A DNA stretch of 64,000 nucleotides. Source: Azolla caroliniana. Taxonomy: Eukaryota; Plantae; Polypodiophyta. The stretch lies in NCBI GenBank assembly GCA_043228905.1, contig JBHGNT010000007.1, forward strand, positions 16,244,001 to 16,308,000, in the 5' to 3' direction. Shown one piece after another: positions 25,294 to 37,133 of this stretch (within the stretch, counting starts at the first letter, position 1; each line of letters opens with the position of its first letter). The notes below the pieces were generated by a model, which saw nothing but the letters and a program-made list of their open reading frames with translations, was not told the DNA's origin and searched no databases. The position numbers were made by a program, and so were the translations under genes.

Positions 25294-28200
25294 GGATAGC
25301 CTCTTCCACTCTCTCTCACACAGAGGTAGACAAAGCTATCGCGTGCTTTCTGATTCTTTAAAGTGCATCAAATTCTTTGAGACATTAAGTGAAATAATTG
25401 AAGAGGATCCTTAGGGTCAAAGCTCAGCAGCTGATCAGCTTATTCAAATTTTGGAGGGAGAGCCAATAAAATCCTCCTTAGTAAGATGGTATTCTTGGAA
25501 CGTGACTAATTAATGTAATCATCCCTATTTTTTGTCTCTCTATATTGTAAAATGAAATCTATTCTTTTTGGGTTCATACTGTATAACCCATCTCAAATCG
25601 GAAGAACAGACAAATGTGTCTTGTTGTATATTAAATTATTATGTTTTTGTACATTGGATTCTGACTATATGCCTCTTATATTCTCGTAAAAAAACTTCCT
25701 TGTATAGGGCCTGATGGCACTAGTGAAGGCACAGGTTACCATGCTTGTAAACAAGATCTTTTATCATCTTGTGGGCAAAGTGGGTTTCTTGGAATGGACA
25801 AAAAATCAGATAGCTAGACCCATTTCACTTACAAGTTGAAATACTGGACACTTGCGTTAATGCTCTAATTGCTAGGAAGCGGATAGGTAATGAGAAAATT
25901 TCTGATTCCTAAGTAGAAGATTAGTTAGGAGAGAAGAGAATATGTTTATTTGCTATATTCTCCTCGCTTTTTGGCTCATGAACAATAAAATTATACTAGA
26001 AAATGACAGATATACACTTTCTAACCTGGAAAACATACCCTATCAATGGGCCGAATGACATGTTGAGGTAGGCAGCAGGTTATTTCTTGGCAGCAAAATC
26101 TCTTCACAAATCTCTCAGTCTCTTTATGGATTCTTTCCATGTTATGAAAAGTTCTCACCATCACTGTCTTCCTATGAGCGATGACCTGCATTGGTCACCA
26201 CCATCTTCAGACCTTTGAGACCTCTACAACCATGACATTCCTCAGCAGCAATGTCTTCTCAGTTTTCTTTATGGTTCTTTTCATTATCATAAGTTCACCA
26301 TCTGTCTTCTGATATTTTACCGACATGATATGGATACGTAGTGAACACCGTCATCCATTAAATAGATCCTCATTTACATAAATAAAAACCTCATTACTTT
26401 TGCTCAAGCCATACCACCTGCAAATAGCTCAATTTAATTATTTATGAAGTACGGGGAATTATTTTCATTACCTTCTTCTGAAAGGATATCTTTTCAAATG
26501 GAAAGCTTGTACCAAAATGCTCATATCCTAGATCGAAATATTCAAGTAATTCTATTATTTAGGTTGGTGCCTGAACAGATGTCAAAGACTTTCTACATCT
26601 AATTGCATCTAGAACAAGTGCCAAAATTTACAAACCTTGCGTCTCTTTTTCTGGTTCATAGACCATTGAGCAAAAAGAGTCTTGCAAAAACTAGCAACTT
26701 TTGGGGGCATAATAAACTCCTGAATTTGTTTAAATCTATGTCTCAACTAGTCATTAGACAAAGTTCTATTCCTAATCTTGTCAACCCTAACATATGCCCT
26801 AATTTGTAAATGTACACATGGAACTTGTTCAACGTCCTCTTGGTACACGTACTTTGTTTGGAAAAAGACTTTTGACCTAGATCAAGGATGGAATATGATC
26901 CTCTTATAGTTGAATTCTAGTTCTTATGGGTTTTTATCTTGGTTTCTTAATGCTAACAAGTTTGAAGCGCATTTGGGCTTTTTGAGGTCAAGGCACAATC
27001 ATCCTATATTCAACCAATTAGAATAGTTATATGGTTTGGTCTAGATGCTTAACTCTTATTGTGGTCAACGTCCTATTGAGTTCAACATCTACTTGACAAA
27101 CTGGATCCCTTGGTAATAATCTTCAATTTTCTATCAATTAATGAGTGGGACCAAAAATTACATAAAAAAAAGAAACCGGATAGAATCACCTTGTTGTGTT
27201 CAACATCGGCTAGATAAAACTTGATTTCGTGGTAGTAATTATTCTATTGGCTATCAATTAATGAGTGGGTCGAATGGATGTTCTATAACTGTTCATATGT
27301 TTCATAGTGTAAGAAAAAACAACAACTAGTTAATATTAATTAGCCCAAATTTCCAAAGATCTTTTTGTGGCTTGGAGTATCCACAAATGGTAGCTCGTGT
27401 ATATTAAGGATGTCCAGATCCGCTTATAGTTTAGCTATAGTGCAGATACCCCATCAATCTTTTGTGGGCGTTTTTGCCCAACATTGGGAGTGTTAGAAAG
27501 TTTTCAATAACATAGGAAGTATACCAATGGTGAAATTAAGTCATTCACAACCATTATTCTATCCACCATGGCCAATTCTTCTCCTAAATCTAAGAACAAC
27601 ACAATTTAGTCTTAGTTTGTCTGTACTTTGGCATGTGGCAACTCCCATAAGCACGAGCTCTACAAATCCCAAAAGAATGTGATGGGAAAAGGACGTCAAA
27701 ATTCCAAACGCACAACAAAATTAAATCGTTTTCTTTTTCCCTTAATTTTCATTTATTCTAAATATGGGAATACAAATACAGAAACTCATTATTGAATTTA
27801 GGAACCAATCTTATAAATTAAACGACAATGATGATATCAATGATTTAATCATTGTCATGATGGAATCACTTAACCATAATGGGGAAACAAGTTATCACTA
27901 TACACATGGAAGCAAGAAGTGATGCACACCAACATATGTCTAGACCATGTGTCCTTCAAATGGCATCAAAATCAAACCACTCTTGATATCATTATCTGTT
28001 ATCCTAGTTCCATCTACCAACTCTTTAGCACTAAGAAGAATATAAGAAGGTTTACTTGTGTCTATAACTAGGGCATGAGAACGACGGAAAAGTGGGCAGA
28101 TTCAATTGTAGACAACTGAAGTAGGTCTTTGGTGAGATCATTTTCTCTCTCTCATTTTCTCTTATTGTAAGTACCTTACCCTAGTGGTAAGTTGTTACAC

Positions 28201-28328
28201 TATAAGCACTTGAAACCCAATGATCTCACCTCTCTATTACGTCATACATATCTCTTTTAATTCACTAGATGCCACTGTGGAATGTAGGGGTTGAATGCAT
28301 GACCTCCTTCTCTCCATTGGGCAACTTA

Positions 28329-28329
<1 letters not shown>

Positions 28330-28384
<55 letters not shown>
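28330..28384. repeat. Compound (CT)n(CA)n microsatellite
   Basis: Seen directly; a second (CT)n run lies at ~28711-28751. Confidence 0.95.
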
Positions 28385-28388
<4 letters not shown>

Positions 28389-28708
28389 CCACAATGTGCA
28401 CTCTCGATTGCAACATTCATTGTTAAAGTTCTTGAACATTGAGAATCCCTATTTACTTTCACACTATCACGTGAAATGTAATATTTTTGGTCTTATAGTG
28501 ACCTCTAAAGATGATAATAGAATCTTTCTCTATTCTTTTTATTGTCATTAGCTTAACCTATTGGTAAGTTGTTAACACCACAAGCATTACATCTTGGGTC
28601 CAATATCCAATTTTCTCACCTCTCTATTATATACTTCATACATATCTCTTAATTCACTAGATGCCAATGTGGAATGTAGGGGTTGAACCCATGACTAGAT
28701 GGACTAAG

Positions 28709-28755
<47 letters not shown>

Positions 28756-28819
28756 ATCTCTCCCTCTATTATTTGATTTTCTAATTCTGATTTTGGGTTT
28801 TTAGCTTTATTTATTTATT

Positions 28820-30420
28820 TTGCTAAGCTTCCTCCTAAGTTATGAAGACAAGAATGTAATACGTAATGAAATCTTAAGTGTTCCGTCAATAAAAGATATA
28901 ATTTATTTTGATGATCTAAATGGAAATGTAACAAATTTACTAGTTAATAATCTCAAAAAATTTATACTCGGCATGAGCAAGTTTGACGATGATCTTGTAT
29001 TAAAAAGATCTAGTCTAATGATGTTATTGAATAGTGACGCTGTCAATCCTAATAACAGTAAGCTATCTAAGTTAATTGGTGTTACTAGAAAAACTGTGTA
29101 CACTACAATCGACCGTTTAAGTTCAGGAGGTAAAGGAAGTACTCTACTAAAGCTAATCTTAAGAGCTACTAGCCACAACTCACTAGCTAAACAAAAAACT
29201 AAATAGCTAATTAACTACATGAAGTAGTAGCCATAACTATTTACCTACAAAAAAGCTACTTCATTTAGTAGTTATAGCTAAATAGCTACTAATAACTATA
29301 ACTAGTTTCACTACATCAGCTTTTAGTCAAACCTAATTAGCTACATGAGCTAGTAGCTATAGCTAAATAGCTACTAATAACTAATACGATACCTTTTTTT
29401 TACATAGGTTAATTATTTATTAGGTTTAAGAGAATGCATCCAACAATCAAAGTTCAACTACGAACATTCGAATCTCTTAAACCATTTTTTGTGAGTGCTT
29501 AAAGGATCGATTCAACAACACTTGTTGTTGCATTTACAACGTATGAATGGGTTTTCTCAAGTATGTTGTTAACCTTCTTCGTCACCATAACTCCTCACTA
29601 CAAGATGTGGTATGTACTTGTGGATGCCCAATTTGTGAATCTAACCATACAGAAGAATGTAACTCATCAAAGCATGTTTACAAATCAATGATTGGTCTTT
29701 TAGATTTAGTATTGTGTCCTCGAGGATTTTGAAGCTATCTTCCATAATTACAAAAGTGTCATGCGTATATGTTTAGACTATGGACTTGTTTGATTTAGGA
29801 GGTGTCCAAAAGAGTTTAGTGAAATTTTAATCCCTATTAAGTTGTTTGAAAACGTTGAGGCAATTTATGAAAGCAAGGCGTGCAAATGGAAGGATTTAGT
29901 TTGAAAATTGTTTAAACCAAGGGAAATAGTTCAATTAAACACACCTTTATTTACTATGGCAAGCCAATCAATTACAGACTTCGAAATCTGATTTTCCAAA
30001 TGACGTAGTTGTCTTAATAGTAGACTTTGCAAAGAATTATACTTTCAAGGAGCAAAATGAAATTCAATCCATGCATTGGTGGTTAGTACAAGTAATAATT
30101 TTTGTTCATATAACTTATTATTGAGTTTTAGGTGATGTAAAGAAAGTAATTCATTTCTTTATATTTGATGATAAGAAACATGATATCTTGTTTGTCCAAC
30201 ATTGTTTTAAATTACATTGGAAATGGTTGTTAGATCAACATTTGGAGCTTTCTCAACCATGTTATTTTGTTGGAAGGTATCCTTCTGAAATAGGATTGGA
30301 GAGGAGATGGAACTTTTTCGCGTTCAGCCATGGAAAAGGTGAACATGATGGAGCAAGGGTAGTTATAAAGTGAGCATTTACTCATGAACAAATAAAGGTT
30401 GATGGTGTGCAAATATAAAG
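28820..30420 (+). mobile_element. Degenerate DDE transposase, Sola2-like
   Basis: Broken frames give an HTH-like SKLIGVTRKTV, then RTFESLKPFFV...TCCC, a Cys cluster (CTCGCPIC), IVDFAKNYTFKEQNEIQSMHW, FIFDDKKHDILFVQHC and WNFFAFSHGKGEHDG. From memory this motif order (DFxENY..QxEIQSxHW..DDxxHD..HGKGxxDG) is that of Sola2-type transposases. There are stops, and the central SDG catalytic segment is missing. No TIRs were identified. Confidence 0.6.
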
Positions 30421-31830
30421 GAACTAGGGACACTCTAAGGGATGTTGTATATATTGGGGATAACTTCGTTGTAAATGCTGAAGATGAAAATTTAGAGGGT
30501 GTTGATTTTTACTTATTGAATGTGAAACTCTTCATTATAAATTGGAAACACTAACAAAAATTCGTCAAGGCTTTTGAATCTTACATAGTCCTTCTCTTCA
30601 TAGTTTTCCGTTGTCCACTCACACTTAAATTGGGGTGATCACTTTGAGAAGATTCTATCCACACACTTCCAAACTTCATTATGTGGTTTATCACTCCAAA
30701 TAAATAGATCAAGCCATTGCACAACCCATATCAACAATTGATTTGTGTCCCCCCTTGGTTTCGACAGTTGCATATTTACAAGGACTTTATTAGGCTCCAA
30801 AATCAAAGCTCTCGTTCCTACTTCTAGTGGTTTGAACTTTCATTCTTGAAACCCCTGTTTAGTTACACCAATCTTCAGGAGAATCTAATCTATTTCAATC
30901 AACTCGGGTTCACATGGGAACACTAGTGCCTTCTACCTCTTCACACCCCTACTATGTTGTCATATCTTTGGGTCTAGATTCACCCTAATTTCCTCTTGCA
31001 CACTCGAGGCCGGCAAGCAATTTGTTTGTTGGTCTTGTGTTTGAGTTGCAACATATGTCTTACACCATAGTCTCTCTAACTCCGTGCTTGTTGCTACTTC
31101 TCTGTTCGAAATGAGTCCAACAGTATCAGTTGCCACATCTACCTGCAAAAATTAAACCAATTGTGCTACATGCTTTATCTACTTGATTGACTAGACCAAA
31201 TGTGTCGGTTGCGATATCTGTAGAGAAATCGATGCTCCGATTAACCTTCACCACTCGGCCACAACCGAGTAAGCGCGAATCAATATAGCAGAAAATAGGA
31301 ACCACAGAGAAAGGACACGATTACACAGAGATTAACGTGGAAAACCCTAGACGGGAAAAACCACGGGAGTCCAAGACTCCAAACGAACTATGCACAGAGA
31401 AGTATACAAATGGCGAGCTGCAAGGCGACGACCTTGAGCTCGTTGTCCTCGCCACAGGCGGCGGAAATACACAGAGGCGTCGACCTCCTCCTCTCTCACG
31501 CTCTATCTCTCTCACGGCTGCTCTCTCTTCACTCCTCTTGAGTGGAAAAACAGAAAAATGAGTAGCAACAGTAAAACTGTTTGCCCTAAGTCATATTTAT
31601 ACACATATGACTTTCGGGCTATTTACAACTATAGCCTCAAGGGCCCTTGGCAAACATATTCACAGATATGTCCCCGCATCCGGATCTCGCTCCGGGTACA
31701 TTCGTCATCCGGCTCTGAAGCCGGGGTCTTCATCATCCGGTTCCGAAACCGAAACCGGGCTTGTCGGCATTCATCTCCGATATCCGACCATCCCATCCGA
31801 AAGGGACCGTAATCCCAACAAACTCCCCCT

Positions 31831-34800
31831 TCACTTCGGCATGGGATGTCTCTCCAATCCGATCCTCTTCCGGCATGCTTCCAGCTTGTCGGGTGTGAGC
31901 ACCTTGGTCAGCATATCCGACCCGTTCTCGTCCGTGTGGACCTTCGTCAGCACGAACTCCTTGTCTTCTATCCTTTCCCGGATCCAGTGATATCTTCGCT
32001 GGATGTGCTTCGTCCGGGAGTGATAGGCCGCGTTCTTCGCAAGGTGGATTGCACTCTGACTGTTGCAGTAGAGTCGGTACTCCTCCTGTCGGATACCGAG
32101 CTCTCTAATGAAGTCCTTCATCCATATTATTTCCTTGCCGGCTTCAACAGCCGCCATGTACTCCGCCTCCGTGGTTGACAACGCAACCGTCTTCTGCAGC
32201 CTCGACTGCCATGAAACCGCTCCCCCTGCATACGTCATCACATACCCTGATGTGGACCGGCTGGTATCTGCATCAGCCGACATATCCGAATCGGTAAAGC
32301 CGTCGAGTTCGGGCTTACCGGAGCCGAATCGGAGGCACACGTTTGCCGTGCCCTTCAGGTATCGGAGTATCCACTTGGCCGCGTTCCAATGCTCTTTGCC
32401 GGGATTGCTCATGTACCGGCTCACCACTCCGACTGCATATCCTATGTCCGGTCTCGTACACACCATGGCGTACATCAAGCTCCCGATGGCTGAGGCATAC
32501 GGCACTTTCATCATATCCTCCTTTTCAGCCTTTGTCTTGGGACTTTGCTTGTTGGACAACTTGCAGTTTGCCGGGAGGGTCGATCTGACCGGTCTTGCTT
32601 CCGACATGTTGAACCATTTAAGCACCTTTGTCACGTACTTTTCCTGTGACAGCCACAACTGCTTCTTGCTCCGGTCCCGGATGATGTGCATCCCTAGTAT
32701 TTGTCTCGCCGGACCCAGGTCCTTCATTGAGAAGGTTCGGTGAAGAGCCTTCTTCAGCATCCGTATCTTGACCTGGTCTCGTCCGACGATCAACATGTCG
32801 TCCACGTACAGGAGGAGTATTAGAAGGTCTCCTCCTTCGAACTTCTTCACAAACACGCAGTGGTCGGACTGCGTTTTGAGGTACCCTTCGTCGGTCATGA
32901 AGGAGTCGAACTTCCGGTACCATTGCCGGGGAGCCTGCTTCAGTCCGTAAAGGCTCTTCTTCAACCGGCATACCAGGTGCTCCTTCCCTTTCTTCTCGAA
33001 TCCTTCCGGTTGCTGCATGTAGATCTCTTCTTCGAGGTCGCCGTGAAGGAATGCCGTCTTCACGTCCATCTGTTCTACCTCGAGGTCCATGCTTGCCGCT
33101 ATGCTCAGCACCGTCCGGATGGAGGTCATCTTCACTACCGGGGCAAATATCTCGTCGAAGTCGACGCCCTTCTTCTGCTGAAACCCCTTCACCACGATCC
33201 TGGCTTTGTATCTCGGGGGGTTTCCGGCATCTCCCGGTTTCAGCTTGAACACCCACTTGTTTCGAAGTGCCCGCTTTCCTTTCGGCAACTCCACAAGTTC
33301 ATATGTGTGGTTCTCATGCAGGGAATCCATCTCGTCCTGCATGGCACTCAACCACCTGCGGCTCTGGGTGTCATGCTTTGCTTCTTCAAAGCTCTCCGGC
33401 TCCCCTTCGTCGGTTAGCAGCACGTGCTCTGGTTCCGGAAATCTCCGGGGGGCCCTTCTCTCTCTTAGAGGATATCTCCGTTCCGGAGCTTCGGTAACCG
33501 GTTCTTCCGATTCTTCTTCATCTGAATCCATTTCGGGATCGGGGCCGGTTCCGGTATCATTTTCATCTTCTTCGGCCGGTTCTGTTTCTTCACCGTCTTC
33601 GGCCGGATCCTCGAGTGCTAACCGGTCCCTTGCCGGTCGGGACTGCTCCTCGTAGAGTTGATCCTCACCGGTCGACTTGGAGCTCTTCATCTTCTTCTCC
33701 GACTCCCAGTCGGCGAGTGTCTTGTTCTCCATGAAGATGATATCACGACTCCGGAATATCTTCTTGTCGACCGGGTCCCATACTCGGTAGCCGAACTCGT
33801 CATCGCCGTAACCGAGGAATATGCATGGCCGGGTCTTTGGATCTAGCTTTCCTCTCCGGTCCTTTGCCACATGCACATATGCGAGACACCCGAACACCTT
33901 CAGATGCCGGTAGGATACTTCCCTACCGGTCCACACTCTCTGCGGCGTGTCTCCGTCCAAAGGTACTGAGGGTGATCGGTTTATCACATATGTCGCCGTC
34001 GACATTGCCTCAGCCCAAAACCCCTTGTGTAATTTCGCATGCGCCAGCATACTCCGGACCCTCTCCATTATGGTCCGGTTCATCCTCTCGGCCAGCCCGT
34101 TCAGTTCCGGCGTCTTCGGCACAGTAAACTCGAGCCGGATTCCCTTCGAGCGACAGTACTCCTGGAACTGTCCCCGGTATTCCCCTCCGTTATCCGCTCG
34201 TATCGCTTTCAGCTTCTTGCCGGATTCTCTTTCCACTCTCGCGTGGAGTTCTTTGAAGACGGACAACACTTGGTCCTTTGTCTTCATCGGTGCCGTCCAC
34301 AGTCTTCGGCTATGATCATCTATGAAAGTTACGAAGTACTGGGCTCCGCCATGTGACTTCGTTTCTACCTGACACACATCGGTGTGCACCAACTCCAGTG
34401 GTGCGCTACGTCTCGTCGGTGGCCTTGAGTGGAAGGAGGTTCGGTTCTGTTTACTGGCCAGGCAATCGGTGCACTTCTCCAGGTGCACATGCTTCACTGG
34501 AATAAGGTTGTCTTCTGCAAGCCTCTTCATCCCCTTCTCACTCATGTGGCACAGTCTTTTGTACCACAGCTCACCGGCAGTGTCGGCTGCCACATTCAGC
34601 TCTTCCGGACATAACCGGGCATTCATCAGGTACAGTGTGTTGATCTTCCGGGCCCGAGCCACTATCAGGCTCCCTTTGCTGAACTTCATTACGCCGTTCC
34701 GGATGCTACCTGTGTAGCCTTCATCGTCTAGCCTCCCGGCCGAAATCAGGTTCAATCGAACCTCCGGAACGTGTCGGACATCCTTCAGCAGCATTTTGCA

Positions 34801-34866
34801 TCCGGTCGGGGTTGTCAACCACACGTCTCCTATGCCGGCAATCCGGCACGTACCTTCATTTCCCAT
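31831..34866 (-). CDS. Copia-1 Pol (protease remainder, GAG-pre-integrase, integrase, RT, RNase H)
   Basis: 1011-aa ORF with VHTDVC, IRADNGGEY, NGLAERMNRT, QMDVKTAFLHG, LLYVDDML, FTDSD, STTEAEY and HSRTKHI. Confidence 0.95.
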   Translation of the reverse strand: MGNEGTCRIAGIGDVWLTTPTGCKMLLKDVRHVPEVRLNLISAGRLDDEGYTGSIRNGVMKFSKGSLIVARARKINTLYLMNARLCPEELNVAADTAGELWYKRLCHMSEKGMKRLAEDNLIPVKHVHLEKCTDCLASKQNRTSFHSRPPTRRSAPLELVHTDVCQVETKSHGGAQYFVTFIDDHSRRLWTAPMKTKDQVLSVFKELHARVERESGKKLKAIRADNGGEYRGQFQEYCRSKGIRLEFTVPKTPELNGLAERMNRTIMERVRSMLAHAKLHKGFWAEAMSTATYVINRSPSVPLDGDTPQRVWTGREVSYRHLKVFGCLAYVHVAKDRRGKLDPKTRPCIFLGYGDDEFGYRVWDPVDKKIFRSRDIIFMENKTLADWESEKKMKSSKSTGEDQLYEEQSRPARDRLALEDPAEDGEETEPAEEDENDTGTGPDPEMDSDEEESEEPVTEAPERRYPLRERRAPRRFPEPEHVLLTDEGEPESFEEAKHDTQSRRWLSAMQDEMDSLHENHTYELVELPKGKRALRNKWVFKLKPGDAGNPPRYKARIVVKGFQQKKGVDFDEIFAPVVKMTSIRTVLSIAASMDLEVEQMDVKTAFLHGDLEEEIYMQQPEGFEKKGKEHLVCRLKKSLYGLKQAPRQWYRKFDSFMTDEGYLKTQSDHCVFVKKFEGGDLLILLLYVDDMLIVGRDQVKIRMLKKALHRTFSMKDLGPARQILGMHIIRDRSKKQLWLSQEKYVTKVLKWFNMSEARPVRSTLPANCKLSNKQSPKTKAEKEDMMKVPYASAIGSLMYAMVCTRPDIGYAVGVVSRYMSNPGKEHWNAAKWILRYLKGTANVCLRFGSGKPELDGFTDSDMSADADTSRSTSGYVMTYAGGAVSWQSRLQKTVALSTTEAEYMAAVEAGKEIIWMKDFIRELGIRQEEYRLYCNSQSAIHLAKNAAYHSRTKHIQRRYHWIRERIEDKEFVLTKVHTDENGSDMLTKVLTPDKLEACRKRIGLERHPMPK

Positions 34867-34882
34867 CCGAACACAGCCATGC

Positions 34883-35905
34883 TCACCGGCTGTGTAGGAT
34901 GAGAAGGTATCTTCTTTCTGGGGTCAGGTGGAACGACGCTCCGGAATCGACCAGCCAGGTCGTCTCATCGCCGGCAATGTTTAGCTCACCTTCTTCGGTG
35001 ATGAGCATGATTTCTTCCTCACTTGCCGCGAGTGCCGTCGTTCCTTTCCTGTCCTGCCCTCGCCGATCCGAACCTCTCCGGTCCGTGGCTCCCCGGTATG
35101 CACCGTTTCTCTCCGGTGACTTCTTCGAATCGGTGTCGTCGGATCCGTTGTCTTTTCGGTAATGCCGACAATTCTTTCGGAAGTGCCCCGGCTTCCCACA
35201 GTGGAAGCATGTGGGCCTTCCTCTTGACTGCGACCGGGTCCCCGACTTCTCCCGTCTTTGCGGACTCCGGTTCCGTTGTCTTCCCCGATCCGATTCGGTA
35301 AACAACATCTTCGGATCGGAGGCAGGTTCTTTATCTCTCCGACGCGCTTCTTCGTTCAAAATACTTGTCTTTACCGTTTGTAGGGACAAGTTATCTTCCG
35401 TGCAGGAGGTGCTGAGAGTCACCACCAAGTTCTCCCAGCTTTCCGGCAATGTACACATCAGGATGATGGCTTGCATTGCATCCTCCAACGGGAACTTGAT
35501 CGCCGCAAGCTGGTTCACGAATCCCATGAACGTGCTTACGTGTTCTACCATACTCTCGCCGTCCCGGTACTTGAGGTTCACTATCTTCCTCATCAGGGAG
35601 GTTCGGTTCAACGCATTCTTCCTCTCATAGAGGCCCGACAGCTTCCGCCACATCTCATATGCGTTGGTGTCGTTCGCCACATGTTGTAGAACGCTCACGT
35701 CTACGTATTGCCGAATGGTTGCAACGGCTTTCCGGTTCAGAAGCCTCCATTCCGACTCAAGTACCCCCTTCGGTATTTCCGACCTGTCGATCGGTTCGTA
35801 CAGGTCCCGAACAATCAGAAGATCCTCCATCTTGATCTTCCAGTCGGCGTAATTCTGTGCATTCAGCACCATCATCCCCGGCTGCCCGCTGCCGCCGCCT
35901 TCCAT
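34883..35905 (-). CDS. Copia-1 Gag (CCHC zinc knuckle) and N-terminal half of the aspartic protease; frameshifted from the rest of pol
   Basis: CFHCGKPGHFRKNC knuckle and WLVDSGASFHLTP protease motif. One extra base at ~34906 breaks the frame. Confidence 0.9.
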   Translation of the reverse strand: MEGGGSGQPGMMVLNAQNYADWKIKMEDLLIVRDLYEPIDRSEIPKGVLESEWRLLNRKAVATIRQYVDVSVLQHVANDTNAYEMWRKLSGLYERKNALNRTSLMRKIVNLKYRDGESMVEHVSTFMGFVNQLAAIKFPLEDAMQAIILMCTLPESWENLVVTLSTSCTEDNLSLQTVKTSILNEEARRRDKEPASDPKMLFTESDRGRQRNRSPQRREKSGTRSQSRGRPTCFHCGKPGHFRKNCRHYRKDNGSDDTDSKKSPERNGAYRGATDRRGSDRRGQDRKGTTALAASEEEIMLITEEGELNIAGDETTWLVDSGASFHLTPERRYLLILHSR

Positions 35906-36840
35906 TTTCTGCAGCAGTCGCTCTGATACCAGTTTGTAGAGAAATCGATGCTCCGATTAACCTTCACCACTCGGCCACAACCGAGTAAGCGCGAATCAAT
36001 ACAGCAGAAAATAGGAACCACAGAGAAAGGACACGATTACACAGAGATTAACGTGGAAAACCCTAGACGGGAAAAACCACGGGAGTCCAAGACTCCAAAC
36101 GAACTATGCACAGAGAAGTATACAAATGGCGAGCTGCAAGGCGACGACCTTGAGCTCGTTGTCCTCGCCACAGGCGGCGGAAATACACAGAGGCGTCGAC
36201 CTCCTCCTCTCTCACGCTCTATCTCTCTCACGGCTGCTCTCTCTTCACTCCTCTTGAGTGGAAAAACAGAAAAATGAGTAGCAACAGTAAAACTGTTTGC
36301 CCTAAGTCATATTTATACACATATGACTTTCGGGCTATTTACAACTATAGCCTCAAGGGCCCTTGGCAAACATATTCACAGATATGTCCCCACATCCGGA
36401 TCTCACTCCGGGTACATTCGTCATCCGGCTCCGAAGCCGGGGTCTTCATCATCCGGTTCCGAAACCGAAACCGGGCTTGTCGGCATTCATCTCCGATATC
36501 CGACCATCCCATCCGAAAGGGACCGTAATCCCAACAATATCTACTCTCAAAATGGGGCCCTCAGAACAAGTAGTAACATCAAAAGTTTCCACACTAACAT
36601 TGGCCTTTGTCACAAGAGATTCATACCCTTTAGTCTCAGTGGCGTCTCACTCCACCCACCTTGTATCTCTAGTGTGAACACACTTGTTAACCTAACTATA
36701 TAAGTGGGTAATTGACCTTGTAAAGAAACGTCGATGGGTAATGTAACGTAGTCTCTCTAATTGTTGAGAATCTAACTCAACTTCCCATAGAAAGAGTGTT
36801 CACACTAGTCAGTGGACATCGTACTATGACATTTTTGTAA

Positions 36841-37133
36841 TGAAAGCATGGGAATGGGAATAATTAGTTGTGTCCTTGACATAACTAATTAGCTATGCAA
36901 AAATCCACATGTAATTTGCATATTTTGGCAATTTTAGGGATTATTAGAATGTGATCTCAAATAAAGACCAGCTAAAATGTGAACCATAAATGGTAATATT
37001 TCCATCCCCATAATAAATGACATATATCTTTAAGATTTTCCCACTAAAAATTAGCTATAAAAAAACTACTTAGCTGTGGTCATTTTAGCTACATGTTAGC
37101 TATAATAGTATTTCCATTCACACGCTTTCACCC
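36841..37133. mobile_element. ~290-bp MITE-like insertion in the Copia-2 5' LTR
   Basis: Absent from the 3' LTR. Imperfect ~25-bp TIRs: TGAAAGCATGGGAATGGGAATAATTA at 36841 versus the reverse complement of TAGTATTTCCATTCACACGCTTTCA (ending 37130). AT-rich, with repeated TAGCTA motifs. No clear TSD. Confidence 0.7.

Larger units (their letters stand above)
31219..36536 (-). mobile_element. Full-length young Ty1/copia LTR retrotransposon (Tnt1/Tork-like) - Copia-1
   Basis: 602-bp LTRs at 31219-31820 and 35935-36536 (TG...CA; 4 differences seen, all transitions). TSD ATATC at 31214-31218 and 36537-36541. tRNA-iMet PBS TGGTATCAGAGC at 35920-35931 (minus). PPT AGGGGGAGTT at 31821-31830. Domain order is gag-PR-INT-RT-RH. 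Confidence 0.98.

Noticed and set aside
26000-27200. Possible LINE RT remnant downstream of the gene
   Set aside because: Too degraded to identify diagnostic motifs confidently.
30560-31218. Minus-strand reading frame fragments (VDVATDT repeats) continuing at 36542-36700 across the Copia-1 insertion
   Set aside because: Broken frames with no recognisable family; left unannotated.
31846-35926. Many overlapping plus-strand ORFs opposite Copia-1 (and similar ones opposite Copia-4)
   Set aside because: Antisense shadows of GC-rich pol coding sequence with no independent motifs.
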